A stretch of 61,319 nucleotides of DNA, filler included, from 5 parts of 5 records of this genome joined end to end with filler, not necessarily neighbours in it; one strand, 5' to 3'; shown: positions 46,566 through 58,112, counted from the whole stretch's first letter. Made by a program: numbers and translations. Notes: generated from the letters alone by a model not told the origin.

Positions 46566-49500
46566 TCACTTCGCGGTGCTCTTGTTATTCACAGTGGACT
46601 TATGGAACAGCATGGTTGCGTAGCTGGGTAGCGGCCACAGGCCAGCATCAGTCACCATCTCCAGCTCGTCCGCTGTCCGCCTTAGCTCATCCATCGCCGT
46701 CAGGACATCGTCGCGGCAGGAATAGCACTTGGCAATCATCTCCGCCAGCGAGCTCTCAGGCATGGCCATAGTCTTGCCATGTGCCGATTCGACCCCCTCC
46801 AAATTGGCATCAAGCTGATCCAAAAGCTCGCCCATGGTCCTGGCCAGTGTCATGGCCGAATGGTTGGTAAGACCGATAGCCTTGAAGCTGCTGGCGGCGT
46901 CGGCGACCTCCTTCGTGGCACGGAGGGCGGCCGGGCGGATGACCTTCTTGACCATGTTGATGCTCGTGAGAGCCTCGATGTTGATGGTCTGTTCCGAACC
47001 ACAGCGTGAGATTCACACCACTGAACCCGCCCTTCAACGCACCTTAATATAGGTCTCGGCCTGAATCTCCGCGCGGGCCTCCAGCTCAGCGGCTGACAGC
47101 ACACTGGTGCGCTCGAACAAGGCGATGTTGGTATCGTTGTATATAGTCTCTACGGCCCTCGGCGTTGAATCGAGGTTGGGAAGGCCGCGCTTGGCCGCCT
47201 CCACCTTCCACTCATCCGAGTAATTGTTGCCGTTCATGATCACCCGGCTGTTATTGCGCGCGACGTCACTGCACAGTGCCTGTGGATACCACAAGTTAGA
47301 TCAAGCTCAAGCAGCCGCTAGGTCGCCATATGGCTCTTACAGTGGCCTTGACGTGGACTGCGTCGAGGTCGGCACACTTCTCCAGCTCAGCCGCGAATTC
47401 GGCCAGGACGTCGGCAACAATGGTATTGATGATAGTGCAGGGATTAGCCACGGTCTGGGACGAGCCCTGTGCTCACGAGGGATCAGCCCCATCTCAACGC
47501 CCCTCGACACTGTCATACCGGCATTCGGAACTCAAACTTTTGGCCCGTGAATGCGAACGGGGATGTGCGGTTGCGGTCGGTCGAGTCCTTGGGCAGCGGA
47601 GGGAGGGACGAGACGCCCAGCTCAATGTTCCCCCCGGAGGTGGACGACTTGAGCTCGGAGCGGGCCAGCTGGTCCATAATATCTGGAACCGACGCACTGT
47701 CAGCCACGCAATCCGGCCGGCCACGAGCGGGGCAACCGCGGTCACCACCGCTGCTGTTGCCACAAAACCTGCTAGTCTACACACCTTGCAACTGAGTTCC
47801 GAGGAACACCGATATGATGGCGGGGGGCGCCTCATTCGCTCCAAGACGATGATCGTTGGCCGCGGTCGCCACGGAGGCGCGGAGGAGGGAGGCGTGCCTG
47901 TCCACGGCACGGATGATGGCGCACTGTTCCGGTCACCCACACGTCAGCTGAGCACGGCACATTTGAGACCACATCCACTTGAGACCATACCAGGAAGGTG
48001 AGAAACACAGCATTCTCATGAGGAGTCTTGCCTGGCTCAAGAAGGTTGATGCCGGTGTCCGTGCTCATGCTCCAGTTGTTGTGCTTCCCGGATCCGTTCA
48101 CACCAGCGAATGGCTTCTCATGCAGCAAGCACACGAAGTTGTGTCGGGCCGCAACCTTCTCAAGTGTTTCCTAAGACACATCGCATCAGTTCCCTCATCC
48201 AAATAGAAAAGAGTTGGATTCCACCAATCCGATGCGGGCGATGGGAAGGTCGTACCATGACGAGCTGGTTCTGGTCGCACGCTACGTTGAGGGTGGTGAA
48301 CACGGGGGCGAGCTCGTACTGGGATGGGGCGACTTCGTTGTGCTGGGTCTTAGCGGTGACGCCCAGGGACCACAGCTCATTGTTGAGCTCCGACATGAAT
48401 GACGCTACGCGCTCGTGAAGGTGCCCTGGAAGCGGCGATTAGAACAACAGTGTCACAACACGCAAAGAACCACCGTGGCAGATCACATGAGGAAAGGACC
48501 GCGATGCCACCACTGCGGCTGACCGGGTTTGGAGCTGACGGACGGCCGCACTGGCTGGCCTCCGGCTCAACAAGCCCGCGGGCCGCCAATGACCGGATGA
48601 TGAATAGACGGGGCGGGCGGTACTAGAGGGGGGGCCGCTGGGGCCATGCACTCACCAAAGTAGTGGTCATCCATCTCCTGGCCCTTAGGTGGGCTGGCAC
48701 CAAATAGCGTGCGGCCGGTCAGCATCAGGTCGAGGCGCTGGTCGAACAGATCCAGGTCCACTAGGAAGTACTCCTGCTCGGCACCCATCGTGGCGGTCAC
48801 GGACGTAGCCGTCTTGTCACCAAACGCCCGGATGATGCGGAGAGCCTGTTTGTTGAGGGCGTCCATGGACCGCAAGAGAGGCGTCTTGGTATCAAGGGCG
48901 TGGCCAGTGAAGGAGCAGAACGCGGACGGGATGAACAGGGTGGTGTTGGAGCCATCGCTTTTGACAAATACGGGCGAGGTACAGTCCCACGCAGTATAGC
49001 CGCGAGCCTCGAAGGTGGACCGGAGTGAACCGCTTGGAAGGGAGCTGGCGTCGGGCTCACCTGTTGTCATGGCGTTAACCAGCAGTGACTATGGTATATA
49101 CTATGGTTGCTTACCTTGGCTGAGCTCCTTTCCGCTAAACTCCATGATGGCGGTGCCGTTGTTGATAGGGTTGATGAACGAGTCATGCTTCTCAGCAGTC
49201 TCTCCGGAGAGAGGCTGGAACCAGTGGCAGAAGTGAGTCGCGCCCTGCTCCAGGGCCCAGTCCTTCATGGCAGCAGCAACGGCATCGGCAAGAGCTGCGG
49301 GCCAGCGACTGTTAGAAGGATAACGATAGACACCAACTATAGTCGGCTATTTTTTACGTGGCTCTGCACTCACCTGGCGTCATCTGGGCCTTGCCCTTAA
49401 TCACCTGCTGGAGCTCCTTAAAGTTGGCCTTAAGCATACGGTTCCTGCGGGTCCGTCATTCGCCACCCTCGCCACCCCAGTCGGCCCTGGGTTCTCACCT

Positions 49501-49575
49501 CATCACGTTCTCGTTGAAGGTCCGCCGGCCGAAAAGGTCTGGGACGGCGTCACGGTCGTGGGATTCTTTACTCAT
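46566..49575 (-). CDS. Glutamine synthetase type III, multi-exon
   Basis: [80 protein letters not shown]. Confidence 0.95.
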
Positions 49576-50167
49576 CGTTGGAGACAAACACTACTGTCGT
49601 AGCAACATCACCACTTTCGTCGAAGCGATAAATATAATCTGGTTGCCATGGTTCTCAGCTACCTGACACAGCCTCAGTTTCCCAACGCACAACATGTACC
49701 ACAGTGCCACACGCATAGTGTGACACGGCGGGGCCGCCGAGGCCGCGCAAGGGCGGGACCGGGGGGCCGCCACCGGTCTGTGGGCGGCCCGGGAGGGCCC
49801 CGCGGCGGGACTGCTGAGGGTGCGGCCTGCCCTCATCGGCCGGCCCGGGCGAGGCTGGCGGGTTCGGAAAAATTACGGAAGACTGAGGCGATGTTACATG
49901 TTGCGTTTCTTAGCCACACACACTGAAGCAGCGCTCCCGTAATGAGGGTGATGCTGGCCTCGTCCGGTCACCATGGAACCGGGTGAGACGCGGGGCCTCA
50001 CCACTGTGCGGACAAAGACGGCCAGTATGGTCTTGTCAGAACCGGTTGGCCCCATTGAATCGACGGGGGAGCATAGACGGTCACTCACCAGTATGGGATT
50101 GTTCATGTCCATGATAGTCGTAGTCACGAGATTGATCGTTTATTCGAGACAGACGAAAAAAAAAAAA

Positions 50168-50277
50168 TGTCTCCACCCCGATTCGAACAGGGACTACCAC
50201 GTAATAGCGCATTCTTGTAGGCTGGACAAGTCCTGCCTCAAGAAGAATTGGCGTGCGACCAGTTACACTATGGAAAC
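50168..50277 (-). ncRNA. tRNA-like Pol III gene A (110 nt) with anticodon arm replaced by a long hairpin
   Basis: Acceptor GTTTCCA/TGGAGAC+A, D-stem GTGT/GCAC, T-arm CCCTG-TTCGAAT-CGGGG; TATAAA at -29; T12 terminator directly downstream. Confidence 0.8.
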
Positions 50278-50372
50278 AATTTTGTGAGGGTTAGTTTGCA
50301 TTTATACTCCGAAATCAGATCCAGACGCCAGACTCGTCCGCCTCACTGGGGAAAAAAACAAAGTAAACTTCA

Positions 50373-50491
50373 TGCCTCCACCCCGATTCGAACAGGGACT
50401 ACCACACTAGTATGATTCGCTCTTGCAGGCAGGCCAATCATGACCAGCCTGTAAGAGAAGTTGGTGTGCGACCATCTTACACTATGGAGGC
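50373..50491 (-). ncRNA. tRNA-like Pol III gene B (119 nt), paralogue of A
   Basis: Acceptor GCCTCCA/TGGAGGC+A, same D-stem and T-arm; TATAAAA at -29; T7 about 15 nt downstream. Confidence 0.8.
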
Positions 50492-50685
50492 GAATTAAAG
50501 TGCAGGAAAGTGATTTTATATTGGTTAGAGGTCTTCCTAGACGGATTAGACGACTAACTCAGACCTCAAACTGCAAAAGGAGGTGCGCCCCAAGTGGCGC
50601 CTGACTACCGCCACTCCCGGCCCCGGGCGGCAGGTCTCACGAAGTCAGCTGACCTCACCCGGTCGAACTTCAAGTGGCGGTCGTG

Positions 50686-52039
50686 TCACAACTGCCCATT
50701 GGCAGCGGCCGCTCTTGTCGCCTCGTGGCTGGCGCCCTGGCAATGGGCATCTCGCCACAGTATGGACGGCCTGGCGTCCAACTGACCATCCCCGGCGATA
50801 GTATATCGGATGAACAGAATCCGCACCGTCGCAATACGGAGGGCTTCACAGTGTCCCCCCCTCGACAAACTGATTCTGCATGCAAGCACGGGCACAGGTG
50901 TCGCACCTCCAGACCGCCTCTCTTAGGAACTCGGGGAAGGTTGAAGGAGATATACACGCCGCTGCAGTCTAGCCTTGAGAATATGAGCTCTTACAGCATC
51001 GAACCGCGAAGATCAGTCATCAACGCTTGACACGATACAGGTCCCCATATAATGGGTCGGGCGGGTCAGGGTACACCTGCCGCGCCTTCTTCTCGCGAAT
51101 CTCGTGCACCACAGTGCGAAACATGCCCAGAAGTACCACCGACCCCACGAGTGCGAGTCCACCTGTGCCAAAAAAAAAAAAAGAAGGGATTGTGACTTAG
51201 AGATTCGAACCCGGAGTAACAAGGGCGAGTGGCCTTACCCAGAACCCAAATGACCACCGCGGCGACAACGATGGGGAAAAACAAAATGACGAACGTGATA
51301 GTTAGAGCAGCCAAGACGATCACAGTCGCAAGAACGATCGCGATGACCAGCAATATTATTATCAATATTATCAGTAAGACTGCACAGCAAGCGGTTAGAT
51401 AATGGCTTCACTCCTACAAGGGCTGCGATTCTAGGGAGGAGGCGACCCCCACGCCCTTGCACTGTGGTGGGCAAGCGGTTGGTCGGGTTAGGGAACCTTA
51501 CCTGTTGCAAGTGTGAGAAGCAACAGCGTGAGAATTATAAGGCCCAGCACACAGGGCCAAAACCCAATGATGAGTATCATGGTTAGCCAGTATTGAGCTG
51601 GAGAGAAGTGTCAGGCTCGTCAGCGGTCAATCGTCAACAAACTCAACGCCCACTGAACAACTACAGCCTCAGGTCCCCGCCTCCACATACCCCGTTGTTC
51701 CCACCGCACCAAGGTGACTACACAACATGACTACATAGATCTCTCACTGACGTGTGGTAAGATAGCTGAACGGCGGGTAACTCGAAGGGAAGTACCACAC
51801 CACATTGAAAAGAGATATGAAGCTGCCCATGGTAAGATATCTGCCCTCGAGTGCCCGTGCCCCGACGAGGCGGCCCAACCACCTCCTGGAGTCTCCTTAC
51901 TCTCCCGAACACAGGGCCCCGTGCAGTAAGCCGCACCAGCCCGGCTGGTCAGTGTGAAATGTGTGGGGACTCGTATATCAGTAAAACAAGAGTTCTGGGC
52001 CGCCGTCCGGCTCACGACTGGCGGAGTGGTGGTGCTCAT
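50686..52039 (-). CDS. Uncharacterised multi-exon membrane protein (3' end uncertain)
   Basis: Very hydrophobic exons (IIILLVIAIVLATVIVLAALTITFVILFFPIVVAAVVIWVL) linked by GT-AG introns. Confidence 0.5.
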
Positions 52040-52425
52040 CGTCTATGGTAGCCTGGCCGCGCGGCTGGCAGCCGGGCCCTGAGTCACAGTCGGTGAGCGG
52101 CGGGTGCCGTGTCGGTGCCGGCCTGGGAGTCCCAGGCCACCGTGGAACGGGGGGGCTGGGCCTGGCCCGGCCATCCCCGCCTCAGGCAGTGATGTGCGCC
52201 CACCGCTGACTTGACGGCGCCCCTCCTCGGCGAAAATCGGTGCGCACTCACCCCGAGGGCCGGGCCGCCCTGGCCGGACCGGCCCGGGGGCGGCCATCCC
52301 GGCCGGGGCTGCCGACCGGCCTGGGGCGCCCCCCCGGCCGGGGGGCCAGTGCGCCGGGCCGGGCTGGGGCCCGGCCGAGGCGCCCGGCGGGGCCGCTCGC
52401 CCTCCCCCCCCCCCCCCCCCCCCCC

Positions 52426-52525
52426 NNNNNNNNNNNNNNNNNNNNNNNNNNNNNNNNNNNNNNNNNNNNTTAATTAATTAANNNNNNNNNNNNNNNNNNN
52501 NNNNNNNNNNNNNNNNNNNNNNNNN
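52426..52525. other. Artificial contig linker
   Basis: N-TTAATTAATTAA-N. Confidence 0.98.
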
Positions 52526-52727
52526 AGAAGCTAAAAAAGAAGTGATTAAAAGTATTGTTTAAGAGCAATTTCTTTTAGAATTTATAAAAAGCAAATCCGT
52601 TGAAAGATACAGATTTGCTTTTGTTTTTTAGAGACATTTTTTTCAGAATAAATTAAACAAGAGGCATTTGCTTAACAGTAAAATGTGCGCTATATTTGCA
52701 TCAAAATTGTTCATAATTTTATTGAAC

Positions 52728-52853
52728 GTTATCAAGAAAGGTGTAGGGATTAGACCCGCAGAAGCCTTAGCAACCCTTTATGTACTTCAATTAACAAGGA
52801 AGTTTTCTTAGAGAAGGTGCTACGTTCTACCGTAGATAATACGGACAGATAAC
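52728..52853 (+). promoter_or_regulatory. SAM-I (S-box) riboswitch
   Basis: GTTATCAAGA...GCAACC...GGTGC...GATAAC upstream of metH; Bacteroidota -7 promoter TATATTTG at 52691; TCTTGATA at 52885-52892 can sequester the P1 5' strand. Confidence 0.9.
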
Positions 52854-52954
52854 AAAAAGACTTCCTTTTTTTTATTTCACACCCTCTTGATATACATATT
52901 ACAAATTACGCTTTGAAGCGTATAATTATTTTATACTATTTTAAGTAGAACTGA

Positions 52955-53962
52955 ATGAAGGATATTAGAAAAGAACTCGAAAAGAGAATTTTAGTGCTCG
53001 ATGGAGCTATGGGAACGATGTTGCAGCGCTATAAATTTACTGAAGAAGATTTTCGTGGAGAGCGTTTCAAGGACTTTGAACACCCTTTGCAAGGGAATAA
53101 TGACCTGTTGTCTTTAACCCAACCAAAGGCAATTGCAGAAGTTCATGCAAAATATTTTGAGGCTGGAGCAGATATTATAGAGACCAATACATTTTCTGGG
53201 ACTACTATTGCAATGGCCGATTATCATTTAGAAGATATTGTTTACGAATTAAATTACGAATCTGCTAAAATTGCTAAGCAAGTAGCGGATAAATTTACTG
53301 CAGAGAATCCTGAGAAACCTCGTTTTGTAGCAGGTGCTATGGGACCTACAAATAGAACAGCAAGTATGTCTCCAGATGTTAACGACCCAGGGTATCGAGC
53401 AGTTACTTTTGATGAACTTCGTATTGCATACAAGCAACAAGTAGAAGGGTTGGTAGATGGTGGAGTGGATGTTTTATTAGTAGAAACTATTTTTGACACT
53501 CTAAATGCTAAAGCAGCTTTATTTGCAATTGAAGAAGTAAAAGAAGAGCGAGGAATTGATATTCCAATTATGGTAAGTGGTACAATTACGGATGCTTCAG
53601 GGAGAACTCTATCAGGACAAACTGCAGAGGCTTTTTTAATAAGTATATCTCATATTCCACTTTTAAGTGTAGGTTTTAATTGTGCACTTGGAGCCGATCA
53701 ATTATTGCCATATGTAAAACGATTATCGCAGCAATCGCCTTTCTATATTTCAGCTTATCCAAACGCAGGCTTACCAAATCATTTTGGAGAATATGATCAA
53801 ACAGCTAAAGAAATGCAAAAATTGGTGCGTAATTATATGGAAGAATATGTGGTGAATATTGTAGGAGGATGCTGTGGAACTACTCCAGATCATATAAGGT
53901 TATTGTCGGAAATAGCTTCGGAATTTGAGCCAAGAAAAGTAGTAGTTGAGAGCTATAATTAA
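52955..53962 (+). CDS. metH: B12-dependent methionine synthase, homocysteine-binding module (split MetH, N part)
   Basis: LDGAMGTM, ETNTF, GFNCALG, PNAGLP, GGCCGT. Confidence 0.95.
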   Translation: MKDIRKELEKRILVLDGAMGTMLQRYKFTEEDFRGERFKDFEHPLQGNNDLLSLTQPKAIAEVHAKYFEAGADIIETNTFSGTTIAMADYHLEDIVYELNYESAKIAKQVADKFTAENPEKPRFVAGAMGPTNRTASMSPDVNDPGYRAVTFDELRIAYKQQVEGLVDGGVDVLLVETIFDTLNAKAALFAIEEVKEERGIDIPIMVSGTITDASGRTLSGQTAEAFLISISHIPLLSVGFNCALGADQLLPYVKRLSQQSPFYISAYPNAGLPNHFGEYDQTAKEMQKLVRNYMEEYVVNIVGGCCGTTPDHIRLLSEIASEFEPRKVVVESYN

Positions 53963-53971
53963 ATGAATAAT

Positions 53972-53995
53972 TGTCATGCTGAGCTTGTCGAAGCA
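53972..53995 (+). repeat. REP-like palindrome
   Basis: TGTCATGCTGAGCTTGTCGAAGCA; related copy at 61296-61317. Confidence 0.6.
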
Positions 53996-54006
53996 TAGGG
54001 TCATGA

Positions 54007-54097
54007 ATAAAGAATAAGGAAGGACTATAAACGATGAACGACGAACGAATAACGAATAACGATAAACGAAAACCGAAAAGCGAAAAACGAAAACCGC
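54007..54097 (+). repeat. Degenerate heptamer tandem repeat (consensus about NNAACGA, 10-13 units)
   Basis: taaacga tgaacga cgaacga ataacga ataacga taaacga aaaccga aaagcga aaaacga aaaccgc. Confidence 0.85.
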
Positions 54098-56751
54098 TAG
54101 TTTTATCTGGTTTAGAACCTTTGGTAATTGATGGGAACACCAATTTTGTAAATGTTGGAGAGCGAACTAATGTTACAGGTTCTCGAAAATTTCTTCGATT
54201 AATTAAAGAAGAAAATTTTGACGAAGCATTAGAAGTAGCAAGAGCTCAGGTGGAAGGAGGAGCACAGATCATCGATGTAAATATGGATGAAGGGATGCTC
54301 GATGGGAAATGGGCAATGGTGAAGTTTTTAAATTTGATTGCTGCGGAGCCAGATATTGCACGTGTTCCAATTATGATAGATAGTTCTAAATGGGACATCA
54401 TAGAAGCTGGACTTCAAGTTACGCAAGGTAAAGGGATAGTAAATTCTATCAGTTTAAAAGAAGGAGAGCCAGAGTTTATAGAGCGAGCAAAATTGATAAA
54501 ACGTTACGGAGCAGCTGTAATTGTAATGGCATTTGATGAAGTTGGTCAAGCAGATTCTTACGAAAGACGAATTGAAATTTGTAAGCGTTCTTACGATATT
54601 TTAGTTGAGAAAGTTAAGTTTTCTCCTCAGGACATTATCTTCGATCCAAATATATTTCCAGTAGGAACAGGGATGGAAGAGCACCGTCAAAATGCGGTAG
54701 ATTTCTTTCGTGCTACTAAATGGATTCGGGAAAACCTTCCTCATGCGCATATTAGTGGAGGAGTGAGTAATGTGTCGTTTTCCTTCCGTGGAAATAATAC
54801 AGTAAGAGAAGCAATGAATGCTGCCTTTTTGTATCATGGAATACAGCATGGAATGACTATGGGGATTGTAAATCCTGAAATGTTAGAGATTTATGATGAA
54901 ATAAATAAAGAATTATTAGTTTACATTGAAGATGTACTCCTTGATCGAAGAGAGGATGCTACAGAGCGTTTACTTGATTATGCTGAAACGGTAAAAGGCA
55001 ATGGAAAAGTAAACGAAAAGCAAGCGCAAGAATGGCGTAGTGGTACTTTACAGGAACGAATTACGCACTCCTTAGTAAAAGGAGTTTTAGAATTTGTAGA
55101 GGATGATGCAGAAGAGGCTCGCCAAGCAGTAGATAAACCCATTGAGGTTATCGAAGGGTATTTAATGAATGGAATGAATGTAGTTGGAGACCTCTTTGGA
55201 AGTGGGAAAATGTTTCTGCCACAGGTAGTAAAATCTGCTCGTGTAATGAAGAAAGCAGTAGCTTATTTATTACCATATATCGAAGCAGAAAAAGATGAGA
55301 GGTCTCGATCAGCCGGAAAGGTTTTAATGGCAACCGTAAAAGGAGATGTTCATGACATAGGAAAAAATATTGTAAGCGTTGTTTTAGGTTGTAATAATTA
55401 TGAAATTGTAGACCTTGGAGTGATGGTGCCGCCAGAAAAAATAATTCAAGCGGCTATAGACCAAGAGGTAGATATTATAGGGCTTAGCGGACTTATAACG
55501 CCATCGTTGGATGAAATGGTTTATCTGGCTAAAGAGTTAGAGAAATTAAATTTAAATATTCCAGTAATGATAGGTGGGGCTACAACTTCACGTGCGCATA
55601 CGGCTGTAAAAATTGCTCCTGAATATTCTAAAACTGTAGTCCATGTAAACGATGCTTCTCGTGCTGTAAATGTAGCAGGAAGCCTAATGAATCCGAAGCT
55701 GAAAGAAGCTTATGGTGTTTCATTAAGAAGTGAATATGATAAACTCAGAGAAGGATTTTTGAATCGTTCTCGTGAGAAGAACTTCTTAACCATTGAACAG
55801 GCTAGAAAGAATAAATTACAATTAAATTGGGAGGAATTTACGCCTGAAAAACCAAATTTTATTGGGGTGAAACAGGTGGAAATTTCTTTAGATAAATTAA
55901 GACCATATATAGATTGGACTCCTTTTTTTAGATCGTGGGAATTACATGGAAAGTATCCTGCTATTTTAGAAGATGAGGTAGTTGGTACCGAAGCTACAAA
56001 ACTATTTGCAGAGGCTACAACAATGCTAAATAGTATTATTGATGAAAAGTGGCTTACCGCAAAAGGGATTTTAGGGATTTTTCCTGCAAATCAAGTAGAT
56101 GATGACGATATACAATTGTATGACGAAGCAGGGAAAGAGTTGAATAAATTCCTAACCTTACGTCAGCAATCAGAAAAAAATAAGCGTGCTTCTAATATAG
56201 CATTGGCAGATTTTATAGCACCAAAAGAAATTGGAAAACAAGATTATGTGGGAGCTTTCTGTGTTACAACTGGTTTTGGAGTAGACGAAATATCTGATAA
56301 ATATGTTAAAGATTTAGACGATTATAATTCGATAATGATTAAAGCACTTGCCGACCGATTAGCAGAAGCCTTTGCAGAGTATTTGCACGAGCAAGTTCGT
56401 AAAGAAATTTGGGGGTATGATTCTGATGAGAAGTTGTCTAATGAAGAGCTTATTAAAGAGAATTATAAAGGGATTCGTCCGGCTCCAGGATATCCTGCTT
56501 GTCCAGATCACTTGGAGAAAAAAGTAATTTGGGAAGTTCTAAATGTAGAAGAGGAAATAGGAGTGAAGTTAACAGATAGCCTTGCCATGTGGCCAGCATC
56601 ATCAGTATCAGGGTACTATTTTGCTAATCCTGAAAGTAAATATTTTGGTTTAGGGAAAATTAAAGAAGACCAAGTTGCCGATTATGCAAAGCGTAGAAAT
56701 ATTAGTATTGAAGAGGCCACAAAATGGCTAAATCCTAATATTGCGGATTAG
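54034..56751 (+). CDS. metH: B12-dependent methionine synthase, folate/cobalamin/AdoMet modules (split MetH, C part)
   Basis: [42 protein letters not shown]. Confidence 0.97.
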   Translation: MNDERITNNDKRKPKSEKRKPLVLSGLEPLVIDGNTNFVNVGERTNVTGSRKFLRLIKEENFDEALEVARAQVEGGAQIIDVNMDEGMLDGKWAMVKFLNLIAAEPDIARVPIMIDSSKWDIIEAGLQVTQGKGIVNSISLKEGEPEFIERAKLIKRYGAAVIVMAFDEVGQADSYERRIEICKRSYDILVEKVKFSPQDIIFDPNIFPVGTGMEEHRQNAVDFFRATKWIRENLPHAHISGGVSNVSFSFRGNNTVREAMNAAFLYHGIQHGMTMGIVNPEMLEIYDEINKELLVYIEDVLLDRREDATERLLDYAETVKGNGKVNEKQAQEWRSGTLQERITHSLVKGVLEFVEDDAEEARQAVDKPIEVIEGYLMNGMNVVGDLFGSGKMFLPQVVKSARVMKKAVAYLLPYIEAEKDERSRSAGKVLMATVKGDVHDIGKNIVSVVLGCNNYEIVDLGVMVPPEKIIQAAIDQEVDIIGLSGLITPSLDEMVYLAKELEKLNLNIPVMIGGATTSRAHTAVKIAPEYSKTVVHVNDASRAVNVAGSLMNPKLKEAYGVSLRSEYDKLREGFLNRSREKNFLTIEQARKNKLQLNWEEFTPEKPNFIGVKQVEISLDKLRPYIDWTPFFRSWELHGKYPAILEDEVVGTEATKLFAEATTMLNSIIDEKWLTAKGILGIFPANQVDDDDIQLYDEAGKELNKFLTLRQQSEKNKRASNIALADFIAPKEIGKQDYVGAFCVTTGFGVDEISDKYVKDLDDYNSIMIKALADRLAEAFAEYLHEQVRKEIWGYDSDEKLSNEELIKENYKGIRPAPGYPACPDHLEKKVIWEVLNVEEEIGVKLTDSLAMWPASSVSGYYFANPESKYFGLGKIKEDQVADYAKRRNISIEEATKWLNPNIAD

Positions 56752-56818
56752 AAAAAGTTAAAAGTAGAGAGTTTATAAAATTAGAAAGTAAAAACTACGA
56801 AGCAGCAATAACCAAGAT

Positions 56819-57058
56819 ATGAAACCAAAATTTATAGAGTTAGCTTTAGGGAGTCATCTTATATCTCATGGCTATGATGAAAATAATAGAGAAATTACTG
56901 AAGTAGTTTCAGTAGAAGGATTTTCAAAAAAGCTGGTTTCAGTTTCAAGAGTAAAATCTTTGAGTGAAAAATATATTTTAACAGATTATCTTGATGGGCG
57001 ATGGATTTATTGGGAATATGAAGGAGATTTTGAAGATGTTAAGAAGCTATTGCTGTAA
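56819..57058 (+). CDS. Small hypothetical protein
   Basis: 79-aa ORF between metH and metF, flanked by A-rich 7-8-mer repeats. Confidence 0.6.
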   Translation: MKPKFIELALGSHLISHGYDENNREITEVVSVEGFSKKLVSVSRVKSLSEKYILTDYLDGRWIYWEYEGDFEDVKKLLL

Positions 57059-57158
57059 TAAAGTTGTAAAGTTGAAAGTAATAAAGTAAAAAAACACTAA
57101 AATATGTTAATCTGAATTTGCTTCAGGTTCGTATAAAATAAAACCTATTTAGTAAAAA

Positions 57159-58112
57159 ATGAAAGTAACCGATCATATAAAAAAAGCCAACGGGAAAACA
57201 ATGTTTTCTTTTGAAATTATCCCACCTCAAAAGGGTAAAAATATTCAGGAATTATATAATAATATAGATCCATTAATGGAGTTTAATCCTCCTTTTATAG
57301 ATGTAACAACCTCTAGAGAAGAATTTGTTTACATTGAAAGAGATGGGCTTTTTGATCGTAAGGTTACTCGTATGCGTCCTGGAACTGTAGGAATTTGCGC
57401 TGCTTTAAAACATAAATACAATGTAGATACCATTCCACATGTACTTTGTGGTGGATTTACAAAGGAAGAAACGGAGTATTTATTGGTAGATTGCCAGTAT
57501 TTAGGAATAGAAAATGTTATGGCACTTCGGGGAGATGCAATGAAACATCAACGCTATTTTGAACCAACAGATGGCGGACATACCTACGCTACCGAATTGG
57601 TTACGCAAATAAGAAATATGTGTGAAGGAAAATACCTTCATGAAACTATAGAAGCAAGTAATTGCTCAGATTTTTGCATCGGGGTAGCAGGGTATCCTGA
57701 AAAACACTTGGAAGCTCCTTCATTAGATTTTGATCTTAAAAAATTAAAAGAAAAGGTAGATGCGGGTGCAGATTATATTGTAACACAAATGTTTTTTGAT
57801 AATAGTAAGTTTTTTGAGTTTCTAGAAAAAGCTAAATCCGCAGGAATTAATGTGCCAATTATTCCTGGAATCAAGCCTATTGCTGTTAAAAAGCACTTGC
57901 AATTATTACCTCAGGTTTTTAAAATAGATTTACCTGAAGATTTAGTGAATGCTGTAGATAGCTGTAAGAACAATAAAGAGGTTCGCCAAGTAGGAATTGA
58001 ATGGTGTATTCAACAATCTAAAGAACTTAAAGACGCAGGAGTTCCATTATTGCATTATTATTCTATGGGAAAATCGGACAATATTAAGGCTATTGCCTCC
58101 GCTTTATTTTAA
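57159..58112 (+). CDS. metF: Methylenetetrahydrofolate reductase
   Basis: FSFEIIPP, ALRGD, VAGYPEKH, GADYIVTQMFFD. Confidence 0.95.
   Translation: MKVTDHIKKANGKTMFSFEIIPPQKGKNIQELYNNIDPLMEFNPPFIDVTTSREEFVYIERDGLFDRKVTRMRPGTVGICAALKHKYNVDTIPHVLCGGFTKEETEYLLVDCQYLGIENVMALRGDAMKHQRYFEPTDGGHTYATELVTQIRNMCEGKYLHETIEASNCSDFCIGVAGYPEKHLEAPSLDFDLKKLKEKVDAGADYIVTQMFFDNSKFFEFLEKAKSAGINVPIIPGIKPIAVKKHLQLLPQVFKIDLPEDLVNAVDSCKNNKEVRQVGIEWCIQQSKELKDAGVPLLHYYSMGKSDNIKAIASALF

Noticed and set aside
50168-50491. Calling the two tRNA-like genes ordinary tRNA-Glu or stop-suppressor tRNAs
   Set aside because: No excision yields a canonical 5-bp stem plus 7-nt loop with U33/R37, and flanking genes use TAA, TAG and TGA as stops
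42964-51212. B-box-like GGTTCGA motifs in introns (42964-42975 plus strand, 51201-51212 minus strand)
   Set aside because: No A-box or cloverleaf around them; likely chance
52955-56751. Split metH as a pseudogene
   Set aside because: Both halves are intact, the split is at a module boundary, and a two-gene metH is common in Flavobacteriaceae
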